A stretch of 64,000 nucleotides of DNA from an uncultured Oscillospiraceae bacterium (GTDB taxonomy: Bacteria > Bacillota > Clostridia > Oscillospirales > Oscillospiraceae). Location of the stretch: the NCBI GenBank assembly GCA_947632155.1, contig CANROF010000002.1:9892-73891 (forward strand). Direction: 5' to 3'. The notes beneath the pieces are model-generated. The model made no database searches. It had not been told where the DNA came from and saw only the letters and a program-made list of their open reading frames with translations. A program made the translations under genes and the position numbers. Shown piece after piece: positions 8,584 through 16,348 of this stretch. How positions within the stretch are numbered: position 1 is the first letter of the stretch; every line of letters begins with the position of its first letter.

Positions 8584-11079
8584 ATGGACAGGAAAGAGCT
8601 TGAAAAAAGATACGTCCGCACCCGGAGGGAGCTTATTCTCCGGGAGTTTCAGGGCCTCAACGACATGCAGCAGAAGGCCGTCATGGCCACGGAGGGCCCT
8701 CTGCTCCTGCTGGCGGGAGCCGGCAGCGGCAAGACCACCGTGCTCATCAACCGGGTGGCCAACCTCATCCGCTTCGGCCGCGCCTCGGACACGGACGAGG
8801 TGCCGGAGGAAGCCGGGGAGGCGGAGCTTGCCCTTTTGGAAAGTGCCGTCCGGGAGGCCGGGGAGCTTACGCCGGAGGCGGAGACGCTGTGCGCCTTAGA
8901 CCCGGTGGAGCCCTGGCGGATCATCGCCATCACTTTCACCAACAAGGCCGCCGACGAGCTGAAGAGCCGTCTGGAGGCCCGCCTTGGCCCCGGAGCCCAG
9001 GACGTCTGGGCCATGACCTTCCACTCGGCCTGCGTGCGGATCCTGCGAAAGAGCGGCGAGGCCATGGGACTCCCCTCCTCCTTCACCATCTACGACGCCT
9101 CGGACTCCGCGGCTGTGATGAAGCGCATCCTCCGGGAGCTCAACATGGACGAAAAGGTGTTCCCCCCCAAGTCTGTGCTCTCCGCCATCAGCCGGGCCAA
9201 GGACGAAATGCTCTCCGCCCAGGACTACGCCGCCGAGGCGGAAAAGGGCTACGACCCCCGGAAAAAGCAGATCGCGAAGGCGTACATCGAGTACTCCCGG
9301 AGGCTCTTAGCCGCCGACGCTCTCGATTTTGACGACCTCATTTTATTCACCGTCCGGCTTTTGCGGGACTACCCGGAGGTCCGGGAGCGGTGGCAGAGGC
9401 AGTTTAAGTATGTCCTGGTGGACGAATACCAGGACACCAGCAAGATCCAGTACAAGCTGGCGGCGTACCTGGCCGGCGGGCGGGAGAACATCTGCGTGGT
9501 GGGCGACGACGACCAGAGCATCTACCGTTTCCGCGGCGCCACCATTGAGAACATCCTGGGCTTTGAAAAGCAGTACAAAAACGCCCGGGTCATAAAATTG
9601 GAGCAAAACTACCGCTCCACCGGCCACATTCTCGGCGCGGCCAACAGCGTCATTAAGAATAACGTGGGGCGCAAGGGCAAAAACCTGTGGACCTCCGCCG
9701 GGGACGGCGAAAAGCTGACGCTGCGCGTCACGGAGAACGACGACGAGGAGGCCGCCTTCGTGGCGGGAAAGATCGTGGACGGCGTGTCCTCCGGGATGCG
9801 CTGGGGGGATTTCGCGGTGCTCTACCGCATGAACGCCCAGTCAAACCGCCTGGAGTACGCCTTCAAGCGCATGGGCATCCCCTACCGGGTCATCGGCGGC
9901 ACAAGATTCTTCGACCGTATGGAGATCAAGGACATCACCAGCTACCTGTGCGCCGTCCAGAATCCGGCGGACGACCTGCGGCTTTTGCGCGTCATCAACA
10001 ATCCCCCACGGGGCATCGGGGACACGACCCTGGAGCGGCTCCGCGCCATATCCGCCGCGGAGCGCCGGCCGCTTCTGGACGTGGCGGCGGACGCCGCCGC
10101 GTATCCGGAGCTCAGATCCGCCGTCGGGAAGCTCATGAAGTTTTTGGAGCTCATGATGGAGCTGCGGGGGCTTTCCGAGACTATGCCGCTTCCCGAATTT
10201 TACGACGCGCTCCTGGATAAGACCGGGTATCTGGCGGCCCTGGGCGACAGTGACGAGGCCCTTTCCCGCCGGGACAACATCATGGAGCTCAAGAGCAACA
10301 TCGTAAACTACGCCGCCGGGACGGAAAGCCCGTCCCTTGCGGGATTTCTTGACGAGATCGCCCTCTACACCGACCTTGACAGCATGGAGAGCGGCGAGGA
10401 CAGCGTGGTGATGATGACCATCCACTCCGCCAAGGGCCTGGAGTTCCCCTGGGTATTTTTAGTGGGCATGGAGGACGGCATCTTCCCCTCCAGCCGGACC
10501 ATCGGCGACGAGGAGGAGATGGAGGAGGAGCGGCGGCTGTGCTACGTGGCCCTGACCCGGGCCAAGCGGTATCTCACCCTCACCGCCGCCAGGCGCCGGA
10601 TGCTCTTTGGGCGCACCACCTCCAATCTCATCTCCCGCTTTGTGGAGGAGATTCCCGACGAGCACATCGTAAAGCCCGCCGGCGCCCCGCGCCAGGGCCT
10701 CCGGTATGAGCCGGACCCGGAGTACATGGAGTACTCCTACCGCGAGCAGAGCTTCGGACGGCGCGAGGGCTGGGGCGGCTACCGGGAACACGTCTCGCCG
10801 GTGGACGCCCAGCGCCCTGGGCCCGCACGCGCGCCCTCCGGCGCCGTCCGGCGTCCCTCCCCCAAGCCGCCTGTGAGCCGCGCCACGGCGCCCGCCAGGC
10901 CCTCCGCCGCCCTGACGGAGCTTCACGCCGGGGACAGGATACGCCACAAGGTCTTCGGCGAGGGCACGGTGACGGACGTGAAGACCATGCCCGGGGACGC
11001 CCTTATCACCGTGGATTTCGGCGGAACGGTGAAGCGCCTGATGCTCAAGGCCACATCGTTCGTCATAACCAAGCTTTGA
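8584..11079 (+). CDS. pcrA: ATP-dependent DNA helicase PcrA/UvrD family
   Basis: Start moved to ATG 8584 because the terminator at 8508-8545 lies inside the 8482 extension. Walker A AGAGSGKTTVL, VDEYQDTS, FTNKAA and a C-terminal VFGEGTV Tudor-like tail. Confidence 0.93.
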   Translation: MDRKELEKRYVRTRRELILREFQGLNDMQQKAVMATEGPLLLLAGAGSGKTTVLINRVANLIRFGRASDTDEVPEEAGEAELALLESAVREAGELTPEAETLCALDPVEPWRIIAITFTNKAADELKSRLEARLGPGAQDVWAMTFHSACVRILRKSGEAMGLPSSFTIYDASDSAAVMKRILRELNMDEKVFPPKSVLSAISRAKDEMLSAQDYAAEAEKGYDPRKKQIAKAYIEYSRRLLAADALDFDDLILFTVRLLRDYPEVRERWQRQFKYVLVDEYQDTSKIQYKLAAYLAGGRENICVVGDDDQSIYRFRGATIENILGFEKQYKNARVIKLEQNYRSTGHILGAANSVIKNNVGRKGKNLWTSAGDGEKLTLRVTENDDEEAAFVAGKIVDGVSSGMRWGDFAVLYRMNAQSNRLEYAFKRMGIPYRVIGGTRFFDRMEIKDITSYLCAVQNPADDLRLLRVINNPPRGIGDTTLERLRAISAAERRPLLDVAADAAAYPELRSAVGKLMKFLELMMELRGLSETMPLPEFYDALLDKTGYLAALGDSDEALSRRDNIMELKSNIVNYAAGTESPSLAGFLDEIALYTDLDSMESGEDSVVMMTIHSAKGLEFPWVFLVGMEDGIFPSSRTIGDEEEMEEERRLCYVALTRAKRYLTLTAARRRMLFGRTTSNLISRFVEEIPDEHIVKPAGAPRQGLRYEPDPEYMEYSYREQSFGRREGWGGYREHVSPVDAQRPGPARAPSGAVRRPSPKPPVSRATAPARPSAALTELHAGDRIRHKVFGEGTVTDVKTMPGDALITVDFGGTVKRLMLKATSFVITKL

Positions 11080-11091
11080 GGGAGAATGGAT

Positions 11092-11745
11092 ATGCGAAAA
11101 TATGACATGCTTCTCTTCGACTTGGACGGGACGCTGACGGACTCCGCCCCGGGGGTATATAACGGCTTCTGCCGGGCGCTTCGGAGCCTGGGGATGGAGC
11201 CCCCGGAATTTCAGGATTTCAAAAAATGTATGGGCCCGCCGCTCACATACTCCTTCAAAAATTTCTTCGGCCTGGAGGGAGAGCGGCTGGAGGCGGCCAA
11301 GCGCGTCTACCTTGAGTACGCCGCCGCCCGCGGATACGCCGAAAACAGCCTGATTCCCGGCGTGGAGGACGCCCTCCGGCGTCTCAGGTCCGCCGGGTAC
11401 ACCCTGGCCATGGCCTCCACCAAGGCCCAGGAGCAGTTGGAGAGCGTCGTCCGGCGCTTTGCGCTGGGGCAGTATTTCGACCTTCTGGCCGGCTCCCTGG
11501 ACGACAGTGGCCGGCAGAGCAAAGCCGATGTCATACGGTACATCGTGAAAGCACTCCCCATCCCCGACCTCTCCCGGGCCCTGATGATCGGCGACCGGTA
11601 CTTTGACGTGGACGGCGCCCGGGAGTGCGGCATCGAAACCCTGGGCGTCCTCTATGGCTACGGCTCGGCAGCCGAGCTCGCCTCCGCCGGTGCCCTCCAC
11701 CTCTCCCCCACCCCCGCCGACGTGGCGGCCTACCTGGGAGCATAA
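11092..11745 (+). CDS. HAD-superfamily hydrolase (phosphoglycolate phosphatase-like)
   Basis: Motif I FDLDGTLTDS and motif IV GDRYFDVDGA. ATG 11092 has better RBS spacing (GAGGGAG) than 11086. Confidence 0.85.
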   Translation: MRKYDMLLFDLDGTLTDSAPGVYNGFCRALRSLGMEPPEFQDFKKCMGPPLTYSFKNFFGLEGERLEAAKRVYLEYAAARGYAENSLIPGVEDALRRLRSAGYTLAMASTKAQEQLESVVRRFALGQYFDLLAGSLDDSGRQSKADVIRYIVKALPIPDLSRALMIGDRYFDVDGARECGIETLGVLYGYGSAAELASAGALHLSPTPADVAAYLGA

Positions 11746-11746
11746 G

Positions 11747-11785
11747 AAAAAAACCGCCGCGCTGTCAAGCGCGGCGAGGTTTTAT
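11747..11785 (+). terminator. terminator after the HAD gene
   Basis: A-run, then CCGCCGCGC-TGTCAA-GCGCGGCG, then AGGTTTTAT. Confidence 0.7.
11754..11777 (+). repeat. 24-nt direct repeat, copy 1 (terminator hairpin CCGCCGCGC-TGTCAA-GCGCGGCG)
   Basis: Identical 24-mer at 12192-12215. Confidence 0.9.
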
Positions 11786-11817
11786 AAATAACGAATGGAT
11801 TCCCGCGACGTTTTTTG

Positions 11818-11846
11818 TTGACATACGCCGCGTTTCATGATAACAT
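11818..11846 (+). promoter_or_regulatory. promoter of the small-peptide (toxin) mRNA
   Basis: TTGACA, 17 nt, then TGaTAACAT. Confidence 0.6.
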
Positions 11847-11946
11847 TATGTCAACCGCGCCCGAGGGCATGAAAATGAGCGCGGTTGGGAAGCTTGCCAG
11901 GACGTTCAGGCGGTGCGTTCCTCCGGTCATCGGAGGAAGCTTCTGG

Positions 11947-11972
11947 CCTCCTCCGTTTTTCATGGGAGGAGG
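11947..11972 (+). promoter_or_regulatory. SD-sequestering hairpin in the toxin leader
   Basis: CCTCCTCC (11947-11954) pairs with the SD GGAGGAGG (11965-11972). An alternative partner, GGAGGAA, lies at 11932-11938. Confidence 0.6.
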
Positions 11973-11984
11973 TGTTGTTTACGG

Positions 11985-12089
11985 ATGGTTACTTATGAGG
12001 GCCTTTTTGCCTACACCATGGCGATAGTGGCTGTTGTCACCCTCGTCATTGTGCTATTGCAATACATCCATAAAAACAACAAGAAGTAA
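11985..12089 (+). CDS. 34-aa hydrophobic peptide, candidate type I toxin (holin-like toxin type)
   Basis: Absent from the ORF track because it is under 60 aa. Sequence MVTYEGLFAYTMAIVAVVTLVIVLLQYIHKNNKK: one TM helix and a Lys-rich C-terminus. SD GGAGGAGG at 11965-11972. It has its own promoter and terminator and a convergent antisense promoter. Confidence 0.6.
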   Translation: MVTYEGLFAYTMAIVAVVTLVIVLLQYIHKNNKK

Positions 12090-12125
12090 CCGCCAACTGG
12101 CTCAAAGCTTGCGGTTACTTCTTGT
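12070..12125 (-). terminator. terminator of the candidate antisense sRNA
   Basis: 15-bp perfect stem (12079-12093 / 12111-12125) followed on the minus strand by TGTTTTTAT. Confidence 0.65.
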
Positions 12126-12172
12126 AACTGTCTAACGAGGAACCACCGTCTAACGGCAGCTTCCCCTTTGTG
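12070..12172 (-). ncRNA. candidate cis-antisense sRNA (type I antitoxin-like) convergent with the 34-aa peptide gene
   Basis: Bounded by a perfect TTGACA-17-TGtTATAAT promoter (12206-12178) and a 15-bp hairpin plus TGTTTTTAT on the minus strand. It overlaps the ORF 3' end and its 3' UTR. Not tested experimentally. Confidence 0.55.
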
Positions 12173-12177
12173 CCCTC

Positions 12178-12206
12178 ATTATAACAAATCTCCGCCGCGC
12201 TGTCAA
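12178..12206 (-). promoter_or_regulatory. perfect consensus promoter for the antisense sRNA
   Basis: Minus strand reads TTGACA-GCGCGGCGGAGATTTGT-TATAAT: 17-nt spacer and a TGn extended -10. Confidence 0.7.
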
Positions 12207-12215
12207 GCGCGGCGA
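12192..12215 (+). repeat. 24-nt direct repeat, copy 2
   Basis: Identical to 11754-11777. Its loop TGTCAA is the -35 (TTGACA) of the antisense promoter. Confidence 0.9.
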
Positions 12216-12226
12216 ATGTTTTTTCA
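12192..12226 (+). terminator. terminator of the toxin mRNA (duplicate hairpin)
   Basis: Same hairpin followed by AATGTTTTTT. Confidence 0.65.
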
Positions 12227-12547
12227 TACTGATCCCTGATTAAAAGCTCATACTAATATTCATTTAAAATAAGGCACCGAGCGGCGAGAATTTTTCGTGT
12301 CAGGCAAGGAAGACGCCGCAGGGAATACTTTGTGTATTCCCAAGGCGGCTGACGCAGCATGGCGCGAAAAAGTCCGCCGCAAATGGCTTATTTTAATTGA
12401 ATATTAGTATCAAACCGAGCGGCGAGGATTTTTCGCGTCAGACGAGGAAGACTGCGCAGGGAATACTTTCGTATTTCCAAGCAGGCTGACGAAGTATGGC
12501 GCGAAAAAGTCCGCCGCGAATTTGAGATTTTGATCAGGGATTAGTAT
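12226..12547 (+). mobile_element. 161-bp foldback MITE, subtype B (ends ATACTGATCCCTGATTAAAA / TTTTGATCAGGGATTAGTAT), split by a nested subtype-A copy
   Basis: 24 nt (12226-12249) plus 137 nt (12411-12547) make 161 nt. This is colinear with the intact B copy at 23269-23429. Confidence 0.8.
12250..12410 (+). mobile_element. 161-bp foldback MITE, subtype A (ends ATACTAATATTCATTTAAAAT / ATTTTAATTGAATATTAGTAT)
   Basis: Near-identical to the copies at 17398, 36105 and 51768. Inserted inside the B copy. Confidence 0.85.
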
Positions 12548-12564
12548 CACCCCTATGGCATCCC

Positions 12565-13923
12565 TCATTCGATGCTCCTGAGCGATTTACGAAATTCGAT
12601 GGAGAACAGCGTCACCGTGAAGGTGACGGCCAGGAGGTCGGCCACGGGCTCGGCGGTGTAGACGGCCATGGCCTTGTCCTCCATGATGCGGGGCATGATG
12701 TAGATGAGCGGCAGCAGCAGGACAAATTTGCGCACGATGGCCACCACGGCGCTGGAGGCGGCCTTGCCCAGGGAGACGAAGGTCATCTGGCAGGCGATCT
12801 GGGCCCCGAAGATGAACATCACGGCGCAGTAGACCCGCAAGGCCCCGGAGGCGAAGTCCACAAGCTCCGGCTTTGAGTTGAACATCATGACAAAGACCTT
12901 GGGAAAAGCCATGATAAGCGCCCAGAGAATCGTGGAGTAGGCAAGGCTGGTCACAAGGAGCCGCTTGAAAACCTCCCTGACCCGTTTGGCGTTCCCCGCG
13001 CCGAAATTGTAGCTGGATATGGGCTGGGCCCCCTGGGCCAGGCCCTGGAGGGGCATCATGGCGAACTGCATGACGGAGTAGAGGATGGTCATGCTCCCCA
13101 CCGCCACGGTCCCGCCGTAGGCGCGCAGGGAGGTGTTGAAGCAGACGGAGATGACGCTCTCGCTGGCCTGCATGACGAAGGGCGCCACGCCCAGTGCCAC
13201 GCAGGGCAGCACGAGCTTTAAGCGGAGCTTCACGGAATCCCCGTCAAGCTTCAAAATAGACCCGCCCCGCGTGAGGAACCACGTCACCCAACCGGCGGAG
13301 ACGGCCTGGGACAGGACCGTGGCCAGCGCCGCGCCCCTAACGCCCATATGGAAAAGGAATATGAAGACGGGGTCCAGAATGATGTTCAAAAGGGCCCCGA
13401 TGAGCACGGTGTACATGCCGATCCTGGCGAAGCCCTGGGCGGTGATATACTGATTCATGCCCAACGTCAGCTCCACGAACACCGTCCCCAGGGCGTAGAC
13501 GCCCATATATTGGGTGGCGTAGCCGATGGTGCTCTCCTCCGCCCCGAAAGCCAAAAGGAGGGGCCTGTTCCAAATAAGCAGCGCCGCCGTCAGCGCGGCG
13601 GAGACGATGAGCTGGGCGGAGAAGCACCCGCCCATGGTGCGCTGGGCGGAGCGGTAGTCCCCTTTGCCCATAAAGATGGAGGCCCTGGGCGCGCCGCCGG
13701 AGCAAATAAGCGCCGCGAAGGCGGAGACGAACATGATGATGGGCATACACACGCCCACCCCCGTCAGGGCCAGGTCGCCGTCGGCGCCCATGTGGCCGAT
13801 GTAGATGCGGTCCACCACGTTGTAGAGCATATTGATGACCTGGGCAAGTATCGTGGGCACCGACAGCCTGAAGAGAAGCCTCCCCACCGGGTCCGTACCG
13901 AGAAACGCGTTTTCCTTTTCCAT
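12565..13923 (-). CDS. MATE family efflux transporter
   Basis: 452 aa with about 12 hydrophobic segments. The N-terminus LLFRLSVPTILAQVINMLYNVVDRIYIGH is typical of MATE/NorM. Confidence 0.88.
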   Translation of the reverse strand: MEKENAFLGTDPVGRLLFRLSVPTILAQVINMLYNVVDRIYIGHMGADGDLALTGVGVCMPIIMFVSAFAALICSGGAPRASIFMGKGDYRSAQRTMGGCFSAQLIVSAALTAALLIWNRPLLLAFGAEESTIGYATQYMGVYALGTVFVELTLGMNQYITAQGFARIGMYTVLIGALLNIILDPVFIFLFHMGVRGAALATVLSQAVSAGWVTWFLTRGGSILKLDGDSVKLRLKLVLPCVALGVAPFVMQASESVISVCFNTSLRAYGGTVAVGSMTILYSVMQFAMMPLQGLAQGAQPISSYNFGAGNAKRVREVFKRLLVTSLAYSTILWALIMAFPKVFVMMFNSKPELVDFASGALRVYCAVMFIFGAQIACQMTFVSLGKAASSAVVAIVRKFVLLLPLIYIMPRIMEDKAMAVYTAEPVADLLAVTFTVTLFSIEFRKSLRSIE

Positions 13924-13977
13924 GCTTCCATCTCCGGATAATAAATGAACGAGGGCGCCAGATTCAGCTCAAAATCT

Positions 13978-14005
13978 ATTATACCATTCTGATTTTTATT
14001 GTCAA
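13978..14005 (-). promoter_or_regulatory. promoter of the MATE gene
   Basis: TTGACA, 16 nt, then TGgTATAAT on the minus strand. Confidence 0.6.
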
Positions 14006-14075
14006 TGGCGACGCCTCCTTGCCGCCCCCTCAACCCGTGATTGAGCGGCGGGAGGAAAAATAACGAGCCCGGTTA

Positions 14076-14104
14076 TTGAAATGCCGGCAAACGGGGCGTA
14101 TATT
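14076..14104 (+). promoter_or_regulatory. promoter of the XRE regulator gene
   Basis: TTGAAA, 17 nt, then TATATT. Confidence 0.55.
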
Positions 14105-14126
14105 GGAACAAGAAAGGAGGGATAAC

Positions 14127-14654
14127 GTGGATTTGGAAGCTGTAGGACGAAGAATATACGAGCTTCGCCGCGCAAAGGGTCTTACTCAGGCGGAGCTGGG
14201 CGAGCGTCTGGGCGTCACCTATCAGGCCGTGAGCAAGTGGGAGCGGGCCGAGACGCTGCCGGACACGGCGATATTGCCGGAGCTGGCGGATGTGCTGGAA
14301 ACCACGGTGGACGACCTTTTTCGCGGCGGACAGCGGACGGTGGCGTACACAAAAAGGCTCGCGGTGGAGGACCTAAAACGGGCCATCCGGTGTCTGGAGG
14401 ACATGGGACGTCTCATGGGCCGGGACAACCCCATCTATCTTGCCGCCGTGGAGGGGATCAACAACCGCATGAACAGCGAGATCCGGGACGCATTCTCCGA
14501 CAGGCACATCTTCGAGGTCTTCGTTGCCGAGGCCGCCATCCAGGGCCTCATGGCCGGCGCGTATCTGGACCCCACGGACGTGAAAAGCAGCTTTGAAAGC
14601 GCAAAGCTCCGGGACATCGTTCTCGCCAAGTGCGCGGAGCACGGGATAAAATAG
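14127..14654 (+). CDS. XRE-family helix-turn-helix transcriptional regulator
   Basis: GTG 14127 lies 5 nt after AAGGAGGG. HTH motif LRRAKGLTQAELGERLGVTYQAVSKWERAE. The promoter at 14076-14104 lies inside the longer ORF-track version. Confidence 0.85.
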   Translation: MDLEAVGRRIYELRRAKGLTQAELGERLGVTYQAVSKWERAETLPDTAILPELADVLETTVDDLFRGGQRTVAYTKRLAVEDLKRAIRCLEDMGRLMGRDNPIYLAAVEGINNRMNSEIRDAFSDRHIFEVFVAEAAIQGLMAGAYLDPTDVKSSFESAKLRDIVLAKCAEHGIK

Positions 14655-14699
14655 CCTCCACCGGAAAGCGTATTTTTTCACATATCTGAATATTGAGCC

Positions 14700-14735
14700 G
14701 GAGCGGGACGCAAGGTCCCGCTCCAAAGTATTTTT
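14700..14735 (+). terminator. terminator after the XRE gene
   Basis: GGAGCGGGAC-GCAA-GGTCCCGCTCC, then AAAGTATTTTT. Confidence 0.7.
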
Positions 14736-14763
14736 ACCGCTTTTCCGCCGGTTGGCCGAGGTG

Positions 14764-15531
14764 TTATGAGCCGGTGGAGGTGTAATGACGGACGCCGGCG
14801 CGCCAGGCGAGGGTACAGGGTACAAGGAAAACCGGCGCCAGGAGCGGCAGGAGCCCGTACCACCAGGGCCCCCGGTCCAGCAGATACTGCATCGGCCAGT
14901 GCTGACAGAGCGCCAGGGGCACCAAAAGCGTCAGCAGCCATAAAACGCCCCTGCCGTAGACGCCGAAGGGGTACTTGCCGTACTCCCGGGCGCCGTCGGT
15001 GAAAATATTCATGAACTCCAGCCCCTCCAAGGTAAAAAAGCACAGGGCGGCGTAAAGGATGAAAAGCCCGAAAAAAACCGCCGCGCCGCCCAGGACCATC
15101 AGCGCCAGCACCGCGGCCTTCCACGCCGTCCACCGGACGGCTCCGGCGCCCCAGACGATCATCACCGCCGCCTCCGCGATGCGCGGGAGCATATTGAGCC
15201 GGAGCTCCGCGCACAGCACCTGGAGCATCAATGGCTTTGGGCGCACGAGGATGCGGTCAAACCGCGCATCCCTCAGTACATGGGCGAAGGCGTCGAAGCC
15301 CCGGCCGAAGCACTCGGCAAGGCTCGATGCCATCAGCACGACGCCGCAGCACAGGGCGCACTCCCGGAGGGTATAACCGCCCACCTCGCCAAAGCGGTCC
15401 ATGATGAAGTAGACTCCCAAAAAGAGCTCCAGCCCCATAAGGAGCTGCCCCAGGCACTCCAGGAAAAAGGACGCCTTGTAGGCCATGCGGCTTTTTATGT
15501 GGAGGGAAAGGCTGTGAAAATAAAGTCCCAT
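14764..15531 (-). CDS. ABC-2 family transporter permease
   Basis: 255-aa polytopic protein, last gene of a three-gene ABC operon. Resembles ABC-2 (ABC2_membrane_6-like) permeases. Confidence 0.75.
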   Translation of the reverse strand: MGLYFHSLSLHIKSRMAYKASFFLECLGQLLMGLELFLGVYFIMDRFGEVGGYTLRECALCCGVVLMASSLAECFGRGFDAFAHVLRDARFDRILVRPKPLMLQVLCAELRLNMLPRIAEAAVMIVWGAGAVRWTAWKAAVLALMVLGGAAVFFGLFILYAALCFFTLEGLEFMNIFTDGAREYGKYPFGVYGRGVLWLLTLLVPLALCQHWPMQYLLDRGPWWYGLLPLLAPVFLVPCTLAWRAGVRHYTSTGS

Positions 15532-15535
15532 ACGT

Positions 15536-16339
15536 TCACCCTCCCGCGACGCATACCCGCCGGAGGCCGGCGCGCATTACGGCGTACCCCGCGGCTATGA
15601 GCGCCGCGGCCCAGAATACCTGAAGGCCCATGGCCCGGGCGATCTCCGCCCCGGCGATGTCCCCGCCGAAGATTCTGAGGGGCACGTTCTGCATGGACCC
15701 GAAGGGCGAGAGCTCCGCGACGCGCCGAAGTCCCGCCGGCAAAAACGGCAGCGGCACGATCCCGCCGCCCAGAAGGTCGGCCAGGGGCGCTCCCAGCATC
15801 ATGATGCCCCGGGAGTCCTCCAGGAAGAATGTCAGCGCGTAGACGAGCATGATAAAGGCGCAGACCACCGTCAGCATCAGCACGGAGGAGACGAGAAAGA
15901 GCCCAAACACCGCCGGGGAGACGCGCAGGCGCAGTCCCCAGGGCGCCGGGACCGCCGCGCCCAGCAGCAGCACCGGCACGGAGCGCAAAAGTCCGCGGCT
16001 CAGGCGCAGCGCCAGAGCCCGGGCAAACCACATCCCGTAGAGGTCCATGGGGCGCGTCAGCTCGTAGGCCACCGCCCCGGTCCGCACGGCGTCGGCAAGC
16101 TCGCTCTCCCACTGCCAAAGGGCGAAAAAGGTCAAAAACGCCTGTTGCAGCCATATGTACGCCGCCAGCGCCTCCACCCCCATGGGAAAACGCTCCGGGT
16201 GGGCGCTCCACAGGGCGCGGTACAGCAGGATTTCCATGCCGCCCCAGACAAACTGCGTGGAAAGCCCCGCCAGCGCCGCGGCGCGGTACTGCAGGCCCGC
16301 CATGAGGCGCATTTTGAAAAAAGAGAAATATTTTTTCAT
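15536..16339 (-). CDS. ABC-2 family transporter permease
   Basis: 267-aa polytopic protein. Its N-terminus MKKYFSFFKMRLMAGLQYRAAA is typical of this permease family. Tightly spaced with its neighbours. Confidence 0.75.
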   Translation of the reverse strand: MKKYFSFFKMRLMAGLQYRAAALAGLSTQFVWGGMEILLYRALWSAHPERFPMGVEALAAYIWLQQAFLTFFALWQWESELADAVRTGAVAYELTRPMDLYGMWFARALALRLSRGLLRSVPVLLLGAAVPAPWGLRLRVSPAVFGLFLVSSVLMLTVVCAFIMLVYALTFFLEDSRGIMMLGAPLADLLGGGIVPLPFLPAGLRRVAELSPFGSMQNVPLRIFGGDIAGAEIARAMGLQVFWAAALIAAGYAVMRAGLRRVCVAGG

Positions 16340-16348
16340 CCGTCCGCC

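Noticed and set aside
11815-12027. 70-aa ORF in the ORF track
   Set aside because: It starts upstream of the predicted -10/TSS of the toxin promoter (its start overlaps the -35), has no RBS, and runs through the leader hairpins. The 34-aa ORF with an SD and TM helix explains the locus better.
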